Assembly (NCBI GenBank): GCA_038206695.1
Contig: JBBRAN010000013.1
Location: 662-64,661 of the forward strand
Source: Hyphomicrobiales bacterium
Lineage (GTDB): Bacteria; Pseudomonadota; Alphaproteobacteria; Rhizobiales; Xanthobacteraceae
DNA length: 64,000 nucleotides
Direction: 5' to 3'
Positions 31,541 to 43,447 of this stretch are shown here, piece after piece (position 1 is the stretch's first letter; each line of letters starts with the position of its first letter). Below the pieces are notes generated by a model, which was not told the DNA's origin, did not search any database, and was given only the letters and a program-made list of their open reading frames with translations. A program made the translations under genes and the position numbers.

Positions 31541-34345
31541 ATGAACGAGCTCAGCAAATTGCCGCGCGACTACGACGCGCCCGCCCCGGCGCCCGGCGGG
31601 ATCGCGGCGCGCGCGCTCGGCTCGCGTTCCGCAAATTATCTCAACGACCTGAACCCGGAGCAACGCGAGGCGGTGCAGACCCTCGACGGCCCGGTGCTGG
31701 TATTGGCCGGCGCCGGCACCGGCAAGACGCGCGTGCTGACGACCCGCATCGCCCACATTCTCAGCCTTGGCCGCGCCCGCCCCAATGAAATCCTGGCGGT
31801 GACCTTCACCAACAAAGCCGCGCGCGAGATGAAAGATCGCGTCGGGCAGATGGTCGGGCAGATCGTCGAGGGCATGCCGTGGCTCGGCACCTTCCACGCC
31901 ATCGGTGTGAAAATTCTACGCCGGCACGCCGAGATGGTGGGTCTGAAGAACAATTTTACGATTCTGGACGTCGATGACCAAATTCGTCTCATCAAGCAGT
32001 TGCTGGAAGCCGAGAAGCTCGACGATAAAAGATGGCCTGCCCGGGTACTCGCCGCGTTGATCGACGGCTGGAAGAACCGGGGATTGACGCCCGAGCAGGT
32101 GCCGGCCGGCGAGGCCGCGAGCTTCGCCAACGGCAAAGGCAAGAAGCTCTACGCCGCCTACCAGGACCGGCTGAAGACGCTCAACGCCGCGGATTTCGGC
32201 GACCTGCTGCTGGAATGCATCCGGTTATTCCGCACCCAGCCGGACGTGCTGCGCGGCTATCAGCGCCGCTTCAAGTTCATTCTGGTCGACGAATATCAGG
32301 ACACCAACGTGGCGCAATATCTGTGGCTGCGGCTGCTGGCGCAGACACCTAGTGTTGTGGCCCCGCCGCCGGAACTGCCGGAGGCGGCGGAGCCGGACGA
32401 GTTGTTGAGCCTTGAGGACACGTTCGATTCCGGCCTCCCCCTTCGAGACGCCGCGCAGCGCGCCGCTCCTCAGGGTGACGACGACAGGGAACGCGAAGAG
32501 CTGGATTCCGGGCCCGCTGCTTCGCAGCGTCCCGGAATGACGACGGAGAATGCGGCGCGCCGGCCTGGTGATGACGAGAGAAAGCACGACCCGCCGCCCC
32601 CCACGCCGCCGAAGAACATCTGCTGCGTCGGCGACGACGACCAGTCGATCTATGGCTGGCGCGGCGCCGAAGTCGACAACATCCTGCGGTTCGACCACGA
32701 CTTCCCCGGCGCCAAGGTCATCCGGCTCGAACGCAACTACCGCTCGACCGGCCACATACTGGCGGCGGCCTCGCACCTGATCGCGCACAACCAGGGCCGG
32801 CTCGGCAAGACGCTCCGTACCGAGGACGTGCTGGGCGAGAAGGTCGAGGTCACTTCGTGCTGGGATTCGGAGGAAGAAGCCCGCGCGATCGGCGAGGAGA
32901 TCGAGACGCTCCGCAAGACCGCGCGCGATGGCGGCATCGACCATCCGCTCGACGAGATCGCAATTCTGGTGCGCGCCTCGTTCCAGATGCGCGAGTTCGA
33001 AGACCGCTTCATCACCCTCGGCCTGCCCTACCGCGTGATCGGCGGGCCGCGGTTCTACGAGCGCGCCGAAATCCGCGACGCGCTGGCCTACCTGCGGGTG
33101 ATCGCGCAGCCCGCCGACGACCTGGCGTTCGAGCGCATCGTCAATGTGCCGAAGCGCGGCCTCGGCGACGCCGCGGTGCAGATGATCTTCGACCATGCGC
33201 GGCGCCAGAAAATCCCGCTGACCCAGGCCGCCGACGCCATCGTGCTGACCGACGAGATGAAGCCGAAGCCGCGGCTCGCATTGCGCGACCTGATGGCGCA
33301 GTTCGAGCGCTGGCGCACGCAGATCGCCACGCTGCCGCATCCGCGGCTGGCGGAGATCGTGCTGGATGAGTCCGGTTATACGGACATGTGGCAGAAGGAC
33401 CGCTCGGCCGACGCCGCCGGCCGGCTGGAGAACCTCAAGGAGCTGGTGCGCTCGATGGAGGAGTTCGAGAATCTCGGCGGCTTCCTCGAGCACATCTCGC
33501 TGGTGATGGACCGCGACGCCGGCGCCAATGACGATGCCGTCAACATCATGACGCTGCATTCCGCCAAGGGGCTGGAGTTCGACACCGTGTTCCTGCCGGG
33601 CTGGGAGGAGGGCCTGTTCCCGCATCAGCGCTCGCTCGACGAGAGCGGCCGCGCCGGGCTGGAGGAAGAGCGCCGGCTCGCCCATGTCGGGTTGACGCGG
33701 GCGAGGAAACGCGCCCGGATCTATTTCGCCACCAACCGGCGCATCCACGGCCTGTGGACCACCACGGTGCCGTCGCGCTTTCTCGACGAGCTGCCGGAGA
33801 CGCATGTCGAGGTGAAGGAGGCGCAAGGCGGCTTCGGCATGAGCGGCTACGGCGCCAGCCGGTTCGACGACATGAATTTCGGCTCGAACTACACGACGCC
33901 GGGCTGGCAGCGCGCCCAGCAGCGCCGGGCGCGGGGCGAGCGGACCGACTTCGACGAGACCGGGGCGCCGCGGAAGGACAATTTCCGTAAGACGGGCCGG
34001 GGCGGCCCTGGTGGTGATTACGGCAAGGAAGGCATGTTCGCCGAGCCGGCGCAGTTGCGCTACGAGCGCGACGACGACGAGATCAAGGGCGAGAACGATT
34101 TCTCCGGTGCGCCCTCGCCGTCACGCGCCAAATCAGCTCCGAAGCGCCGAACCCCGCTGACGATCGAGGGCGAGCTGGTGGCGAAATCGACCGGCGTCGC
34201 CTCGGTCTTCACGGCCGGCGACCGGGTGTTTCACCAGAAATTCGGCAACGGCAATGTCACTCTGGTGGACGGCAACAAGCTCACCATCCGGTTCGACAAG
34301 GCCGGCGAAAAGCGCGTGGTGGATAGCTTTGTGGAGCGGGTGTGA
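31541..34345 (+). CDS. uvrD: UvrD/PcrA-like SF1A DNA helicase with an internal insertion
   Basis: AGAGTGKT, TFTNKAA, VDEYQD, VGDDDQSIY, NYRS, TLHSAKGLEF, EERRL.. VGLTRA, C-terminal Tudor-like GDRVFHQKFG. Confidence 0.96.
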   Translation: MNELSKLPRDYDAPAPAPGGIAARALGSRSANYLNDLNPEQREAVQTLDGPVLVLAGAGTGKTRVLTTRIAHILSLGRARPNEILAVTFTNKAAREMKDRVGQMVGQIVEGMPWLGTFHAIGVKILRRHAEMVGLKNNFTILDVDDQIRLIKQLLEAEKLDDKRWPARVLAALIDGWKNRGLTPEQVPAGEAASFANGKGKKLYAAYQDRLKTLNAADFGDLLLECIRLFRTQPDVLRGYQRRFKFILVDEYQDTNVAQYLWLRLLAQTPSVVAPPPELPEAAEPDELLSLEDTFDSGLPLRDAAQRAAPQGDDDREREELDSGPAASQRPGMTTENAARRPGDDERKHDPPPPTPPKNICCVGDDDQSIYGWRGAEVDNILRFDHDFPGAKVIRLERNYRSTGHILAAASHLIAHNQGRLGKTLRTEDVLGEKVEVTSCWDSEEEARAIGEEIETLRKTARDGGIDHPLDEIAILVRASFQMREFEDRFITLGLPYRVIGGPRFYERAEIRDALAYLRVIAQPADDLAFERIVNVPKRGLGDAAVQMIFDHARRQKIPLTQAADAIVLTDEMKPKPRLALRDLMAQFERWRTQIATLPHPRLAEIVLDESGYTDMWQKDRSADAAGRLENLKELVRSMEEFENLGGFLEHISLVMDRDAGANDDAVNIMTLHSAKGLEFDTVFLPGWEEGLFPHQRSLDESGRAGLEEERRLAHVGLTRARKRARIYFATNRRIHGLWTTTVPSRFLDELPETHVEVKEAQGGFGMSGYGASRFDDMNFGSNYTTPGWQRAQQRRARGERTDFDETGAPRKDNFRKTGRGGPGGDYGKEGMFAEPAQLRYERDDDEIKGENDFSGAPSPSRAKSAPKRRTPLTIEGELVAKSTGVASVFTAGDRVFHQKFGNGNVTLVDGNKLTIRFDKAGEKRVVDSFVERV

Positions 34346-34755
34346 TGCGCCACCTTTGGATGAGCCTTACGGCAACATTATTTTCTTTCTTGGCCCTATA
34401 CGCGACCGCCCACGCGCTCGACCTCAATTCCTTCCGCGCGCAGCACGGCAGGCCTGCGCTGTCGATGTCGGGCTCGCTGTCGGCGCTGGCCTACCAGCAG
34501 GCGCAGAGCATGGCGTCGCGCTCCAGGCTCGACCACAAGGATTTCCGCGCGCGCATCGGGCCGATGATCGGCTCGACCCACGCCGAGAACGTGCTGGTCG
34601 GCTGCGCCGACGAGGACTGCGCGATCCGGAGCTGGGCCAAATCCGCCGGCCATCGCAAGAACATGCTGCGCGGCGACGTCACGGCCTATGGCATCGCGTC
34701 GGCGACCGGGGCCAACGGACGGCGCTACTGGGCGATGGAATTGGGCGGGGAGTAG
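34345..34755 (+). CDS. Secreted CAP (SCP-like) domain protein
   Basis: Signal peptide, NSFRAQHG, AENV, W.KSAGHRKNML, YW; start overlaps the uvrD stop. Confidence 0.85.
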   Translation: MRHLWMSLTATLFSFLALYATAHALDLNSFRAQHGRPALSMSGSLSALAYQQAQSMASRSRLDHKDFRARIGPMIGSTHAENVLVGCADEDCAIRSWAKSAGHRKNMLRGDVTAYGIASATGANGRRYWAMELGGE

Positions 34756-34768
34756 CGGCACCCCCAGT

Positions 34769-34866
34769 GTCATCACCCGCGCAGGCGGGTGATCCAGTAC
34801 AATTCGGCGCTCACGGTTTACAAAAGACGCCAGCGAATACTGGATGCCGCCTGCGGGGGCATGACG
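34769..34866. repeat. REP/RPE-like palindromic element, copy 1
   Basis: GTCATCACCCGCGCAGGCGGGTGATCCAGTA...TACTGGATGCCGCCTGCGGGGGCATGAC; the same architecture recurs at 45133. Confidence 0.85.
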
Positions 34867-34879
34867 GCGGAGAGCGACG

Positions 34880-34978
34880 TCAGCCGATGTAGTACATGCC
34901 GAGCCCGACCAGGATCAGGGCGATCGCGATGCCGCCGTAGAGCTTCAGCGTGATGCCGATGTTTTCCATCTTTTCCAT
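34880..34978 (-). CDS. 32-aa single-TM small protein (MEKMENIGITLKLYGGIAIALILVGLGMYYIG)
   Basis: GGAGG RBS, GC3-rich host-like codons, one hydrophobic helix; below the ORF-track length cutoff. Confidence 0.7.
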   Translation of the reverse strand: MEKMENIGITLKLYGGIAIALILVGLGMYYIG

Positions 34979-35053
34979 GGCCGCGTCCCTCCGATGCCCC
35001 GCGCGCAGCCTGCGCCCGTTGCCGGGCGCTGTCGATATCGCCAGACGTAAATT

Positions 35054-35956
35054 CTAGAATGGCCTGTCGCCGCTGATGGTGCAGCGGCGCATCACGCGGA
35101 TGTATTGCGATTCGTCGAAGCCGGTGGCGCGGTGCAATGTGCAGCGGTTGTCCCACACCATGCATTCGCGCGGCCGCCAGACATGCGAATAGATGTTGTC
35201 CGGCGGCGTCGCCAGCACGTTGATCTGCTCGATCAGCCCGCGGCCCTCCTCGTACGGCATGCCCTCGATCGACTCGGCGTGGTCGCCGAGGAACAGCGCC
35301 TTGCGCCCGGTCTCCGGATGGGTGCGCACGATCGGATGCGACACCGGCGGCACTTCGGCGGATTGCTTGGCGGTCAGCGGATCCTCGCCGTGGCGTCTTT
35401 TCCGCGAGAAGGTGAAATTGTGGATCGCGTTCCTGCCGTCGATCTTCTTCTTGATGTCGGCCGGCAGCAGTTCGTAGCCGCGATACATGTCGGCGAACTG
35501 CGTCTCGCCGCCCTGGCCCGGCGGCGGCAGCTCCTCGGAATACATCATGGTGGCCTGGCCGGTGCGCTCCTTCCACGAGCCGTCGGTGTGCCAGTACAGC
35601 GTGCCGCGGTCGGGATGCTTGCCGGACGGTTTGCCGTCGCTGTCCTTGTTGGACAGCATGTAGATCTCGGGATGGCCGTAGCCGTGATACTGGCTCAGCA
35701 CATGGATGTTAACCTCGCCGAAATTCTTGGCGAACGCGACTTGCGTGGCGGGCGGCAAATCGACATCGCGGAACAGAATCAGCTCATAGTCGAGGAACGC
35801 CTCGTAGACCTTGGCGAACATCGCCGGCGACACCGCCTGCGCCATCGTGATGCCGGTGATCTCGGCGCCGAGCACCGGATGCAGCGGCGTCACCTGGAAC
35901 GGCCAGTCGCGCTTGGTATCCGATTTGCGTTGTGCAGTGGCTTGAGCCTGAGCCAT
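35054..35956 (-). CDS. TauD/TfdA family Fe(II)/2-oxoglutarate dioxygenase
   Basis: WHTD, GGETQFAD, HPIVRTHPETGRK, WDNRCTLHRA. Confidence 0.93.
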   Translation of the reverse strand: MAQAQATAQRKSDTKRDWPFQVTPLHPVLGAEITGITMAQAVSPAMFAKVYEAFLDYELILFRDVDLPPATQVAFAKNFGEVNIHVLSQYHGYGHPEIYMLSNKDSDGKPSGKHPDRGTLYWHTDGSWKERTGQATMMYSEELPPPGQGGETQFADMYRGYELLPADIKKKIDGRNAIHNFTFSRKRRHGEDPLTAKQSAEVPPVSHPIVRTHPETGRKALFLGDHAESIEGMPYEEGRGLIEQINVLATPPDNIYSHVWRPRECMVWDNRCTLHRATGFDESQYIRVMRRCTISGDRPF

Positions 35957-36018
35957 CGCGAACCTCCCGTAACTTTTTATATGTTGCGGGCAAGTATGCC
36001 GCCGCGCGGCGCGGCTGC

Positions 36019-36216
36019 CTAGGTGGGGGGCGGCTCCGGCTTTTTCTTATCGACCTGGAACGGCGCGCTGGCGCCGCAATCAAGGCATTCGTAGGTGTGG
36101 CGCATGTGATCGTCGTCGTCCGGGATCGGCTCGACCGTGGTGATGCGCATGGTGCCGCCGCAGGTGCATTGCACATAGGCGTCGGTCCGGCTCGGCGTTT
36201 TCGGCAGCATCGCCAC
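36019..36216 (-). CDS. Small putative zinc-ribbon protein
   Basis: CTCGG...YECLDCG Cys pairs; start may be 36210. Confidence 0.65.
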   Translation of the reverse strand: MAMLPKTPSRTDAYVQCTCGGTMRITTVEPIPDDDDHMRHTYECLDCGASAPFQVDKKKPEPPPT

Positions 36217-36262
36217 TTCTACCCGATACCCGGAGCGTTTGGCACCGGCGCGACCGGAACCT

Positions 36263-36574
36263 TCATTTCTTCTCCAGCATCAGGTGGCCCTTTTGCCCGA
36301 TCACGCGCTGCGCGGCGTGGGCGAAGCGCGACAGTAGCCACGGCAGCGTCACTTCAAGCCGCACCGCGCCTTCATTGACATCGATGGTGCCGGAGGCGCG
36401 CTGGCCGAGCGACTTGACCGCAAAGGTCAGCCGGTCTCCATCCCATCGCTGGTCCTCGATGGTGATGAGCCTGGCGAACTCGGTCTCGGCGCGGCCGAGG
36501 CCGGCCTTGATGCGGCGCAGCGCCTCGTCCTTGCCGAGGCGATGCGGGATGTTGACGATCAGCGGCTCCGACAT
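36263..36574 (-). CDS. Polyhydroxyalkanoic acid system (PHA_gran_rgn) family protein
   Basis: MSEPLIVNIPHRLGKDEA.RRIK, W.GDRL.F, V.LPWLL; GGGAGA RBS. Confidence 0.8.
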   Translation of the reverse strand: MSEPLIVNIPHRLGKDEALRRIKAGLGRAETEFARLITIEDQRWDGDRLTFAVKSLGQRASGTIDVNEGAVRLEVTLPWLLSRFAHAAQRVIGQKGHLMLEKK

Positions 36575-36716
36575 GCGGTTTCTCCCTGCCCCGACATGTA
36601 GGAAGGCCGCCGCGCGGAGCAAGGAGACGAGGCCGGTACAGCCGCCCCAGCCGCCCTGCTAGAGTTTCTGCCGGGCCGCGATCTCATGACGGCTGAACGG
36701 AGAGGAAACACACAAA

Positions 36717-36839
36717 GGCGGGCTGCCGATCATGGTCGGCACCGACACGATCGGCGGGATCGGCGTGTCCGGCTGTCCGGGCTGCGACGAGCCCTGCACC
36801 AAAGCCGGCATCGACCAGGTCACCAACCAGCTCAAATAA
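36717..36839 (+). pseudogene. C-terminal remnant of a GlcG/HbpS heme-binding protein gene
   Basis: GGLPIMVGTDTIGGIGVSGCPGCDEPCTKAGIDQVTNQLK*; in-frame TGA at 36687, no N-terminal two-thirds. Confidence 0.7.
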
Positions 36840-36928
36840 CGCCGCAGTTCCGCGGTTTTGCGGTCTTATTTGCATGCAACATTCCAGCCCGGGCGGTGTT
36901 ATAATTGGTCGTCCGGGCTGGAGTTGTG

Positions 36929-37675
36929 ATGCGTTCTCGTCTCCTCGCTGCGCTGACTTTGCTGATCGCCTGCGCGTTTGCGCTGCCGGCATCGGCCTCG
37001 TTGCTCATCACCATCGATAAATCCTCGCAGCGCATGACCGTCGAGCAGGACGGCCTCCAACTGTTCGTCTGGCCGGTGTCGACCGGCGCGCGCGGCTACG
37101 ACACGCCGTCCGGCTCCTACAAGCCGTTCCGCATGGAGAAGGACCATTTCAGCAAGGAATGGGACGACGCGCCGATGCCGAACTCGATCTTCTTCACGAT
37201 GGAAGGTCACGCCATTCATGGCACCACCCACCTCAAGGCGATTGGCACTCCGGCTTCGCACGGCTGCGTGCGGCTGGCGCCGGAAAACGCCGAGACATTG
37301 TGGAACCTGATCAAGCAGGAAAAAATGGCAAACACCCGCGTCGTGCTGCGCGGCGAAACGCCGGCCGTCGCGGCGCCCGGCGTCGCCAGCGCACCGGCGC
37401 AACGAAACCCCCGCATCGCGTCGGGCGAGGACGACGGCTTCACCGGCGCGTTGCCGCCGACGCCGCGCGGACAACGCCTGCGCGCGCCGCCGGGCGCGGC
37501 TTATTTCGACGGCCGTTTCTTCTACGACCGTGGCGGCCGAAGGATCGCGGAAGTGATGCAGCCCCGTGAATATCGCGGCTACGGCTACTATGAGCGCGAC
37601 TATTACGGCCGCAGCGCCGAGCCGCCCCCGCCCCGCATGGCGCGACCGCCGGGATTTTTCCCCGGCTGGAACTGA
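36929..37675 (+). CDS. L,D-transpeptidase (YkuD family)
   Basis: Signal peptide, WPVSTG, AIHGT, ASHGCVRL; Pro/Tyr/Arg-rich tail. Confidence 0.93.
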   Translation: MRSRLLAALTLLIACAFALPASASLLITIDKSSQRMTVEQDGLQLFVWPVSTGARGYDTPSGSYKPFRMEKDHFSKEWDDAPMPNSIFFTMEGHAIHGTTHLKAIGTPASHGCVRLAPENAETLWNLIKQEKMANTRVVLRGETPAVAAPGVASAPAQRNPRIASGEDDGFTGALPPTPRGQRLRAPPGAAYFDGRFFYDRGGRRIAEVMQPREYRGYGYYERDYYGRSAEPPPPRMARPPGFFPGWN

Positions 37676-37694
37676 GCGGCGCTCCGCGCGAGCC

Positions 37695-37844
37695 ATGATT
37701 CGCAAGCTCGCCTCCGGTCAATACCGGCTCTATTCGCGCAAGGTCGATCCCAAGACTCGCAAGCGCCGCAACCTCGGCACCTTCGGCACCCGCAAGGCGG
37801 CGCAGCAGCACGAGCGCGAAATCCAGTATTTCAAGCGGCACTAG
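37695..37844 (+). CDS. 49-aa basic hypothetical protein
   Basis: MIRKLASGQYRLYSRKVDPKTRKRRNLGTFGTRKAAQQHEREIQYFKRH, host-like codons. Confidence 0.78.
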   Translation: MIRKLASGQYRLYSRKVDPKTRKRRNLGTFGTRKAAQQHEREIQYFKRH

Positions 37845-37868
37845 ATAAACGCGGCCTGACGCGCCGGC

Positions 37869-38480
37869 CTAATGCCCGACGCCGAGCTTGTCCTCGCCGC
37901 GCTCGAGGATCAGCGGCACGATCAGATCCTCCTCGTCGTCGAGATGGCGGCGCAACCCTCGCAGCAACTCCGAGCCGGCATCGGCATAGGTCTCTCCGGC
38001 CTGCAGCATGGCGTCGGCTCCGCCGCCCAGCGCGCCGAGCAAGGCGTTGGCCGCGCTCACCGAGCGTTCGATGCCCTCGTGCAGGACGCCGTGATCGTTT
38101 TCCAGCACGTCGAAGCCGCGCGCCAGCCGCGCATCGGCGGCCCGGAAAATCGGGAAATAATGGTGATCCTCAATGCGGTGGTGAACCAGCAACTGCTCGA
38201 GAAAGAATTGCAGGCGCGGGCTGAACCAGCGGGCGAACTCCGCGGGCGTCGTCTGTCCTTCGCGAAAGCGCGCGCTCGCCTGGTCGATCGCGCCGCCCAG
38301 CTCGCGAAACATGTCGTGGCGCTGTAGCCAGAATTGCGCCATCTGGCCGAGGTTTTCGTGGCCGGTCCAGACGTCGCGCGGATATTTCTCGATCAGCGCG
38401 CGCAGCTCCGCCGGCCAGCCCTGGCGCTGCGCCAGGCCGAGCGCCGCGGTGTCCGCATCGGTCGGTTTTTGGATGGTCAT
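37869..38480 (-). CDS. Hemerythrin-like (HHE) domain protein
   Basis: RHDMFR, HHRIEDHHYFP, LENDH, HLDDEE. Confidence 0.85.
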   Translation of the reverse strand: MTIQKPTDADTAALGLAQRQGWPAELRALIEKYPRDVWTGHENLGQMAQFWLQRHDMFRELGGAIDQASARFREGQTTPAEFARWFSPRLQFFLEQLLVHHRIEDHHYFPIFRAADARLARGFDVLENDHGVLHEGIERSVSAANALLGALGGGADAMLQAGETYADAGSELLRGLRRHLDDEEDLIVPLILERGEDKLGVGH

Positions 38481-38536
38481 TGCGCGCTTTAGATAGCCAT
38501 TGCGCGCGCTCCTGCAAATGGCGAAGAATCGGCTTC

Positions 38537-39454
38537 ATGGCCTCGAGCTTTGTCGCCCGCCTGACCGCCGACGAAACCACCGCGAAGCGCGTGGCGCACG
38601 TCATCAGCGAAACGATTGATGCCGCCGTCGCCAGCGCGTTCGAAAGCGTCGATGGCGCCTGGGCGGCCGAGCTGCATTTTTCCGCCCCGCCCGACGAGGA
38701 AGCGGTGCGGGCTTTGGTGGCGAGCGCGGCCGGCGACAGCAAGGTCGATCTGCAATTCGCCACCGTAGCCGAACGCGATTGGGTGGCAGCAAGCCTCGAA
38801 GGCCTCAAGCCAGTGCGGGCCGGCCGTTTCGCCGTTCATGGCGCGCACGACCGTGCGGGCATCGCCGCCAACGAGATCGGCATCGAGATCGAGGCGGCTC
38901 TCGCGTTCGGCACCGGCCATCACGGCACGACGCGCGGCTGCCTGGTGGCGCTCGATGCGCTGGCGAAAAAAGCAAAACCTCGTGCCCGCCGGCGTGACGG
39001 CGGAAATCATATCCTGGACCTCGGCACCGGCTCCGGGTTGCTGGCGATCGCGGCAGCCCGTTCGTTGCGTAGCCCCGCTTTGGCGACCGACATCGACCCC
39101 GTCGCGGTGGCGGCGGCCCGCAGCAATGCCCGCTCCAACCGCGCCGGCGCGCTCGTCAGCGTCCGGCGCGCCGTCGGAACGCGCGGGCTGCATGGCCGCT
39201 ACGCGCTGATCTTTGCCAACATTCTGCTCGGGCCATTGCTGCGCATGGCCGCGCCACTGGCGCGGCTGGCCGCGCCCGGCGGTGCCGTCGTGCTGTCCGG
39301 CTTGCTGCCCTCGCACGCCAATGCGGCGATCGCGGCCTATCGCGCGCAGGGCCTCGTGCTCGAGCGCCGGCTGCTGCTCGATGGCTGGGCGACCTTGATC
39401 CTGCAACGGCCGCGACGAAAACCAGCCGGGCCGAAGGCGAAGCGGTTCGCCTAG
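38537..39454 (+). CDS. prmA: Ribosomal protein L11 methyltransferase
   Basis: DWV, AFGTGHHGTT, LDLGTGSGLLAI, ANIL, LSGLL. Confidence 0.9.
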   Translation: MASSFVARLTADETTAKRVAHVISETIDAAVASAFESVDGAWAAELHFSAPPDEEAVRALVASAAGDSKVDLQFATVAERDWVAASLEGLKPVRAGRFAVHGAHDRAGIAANEIGIEIEAALAFGTGHHGTTRGCLVALDALAKKAKPRARRRDGGNHILDLGTGSGLLAIAAARSLRSPALATDIDPVAVAAARSNARSNRAGALVSVRRAVGTRGLHGRYALIFANILLGPLLRMAAPLARLAAPGGAVVLSGLLPSHANAAIAAYRAQGLVLERRLLLDGWATLILQRPRRKPAGPKAKRFA

Positions 39455-39492
39455 GCGTTGCCGTCCGCGGGTGCGCTCCATAGAGTGCCGCA

Positions 39493-43447
<3,955 letters not shown>

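Noticed and set aside
32345-32611. Intein in UvrD
   Set aside because: Too short, low-complexity, and lacks the C-terminal His-Asn and splicing blocks
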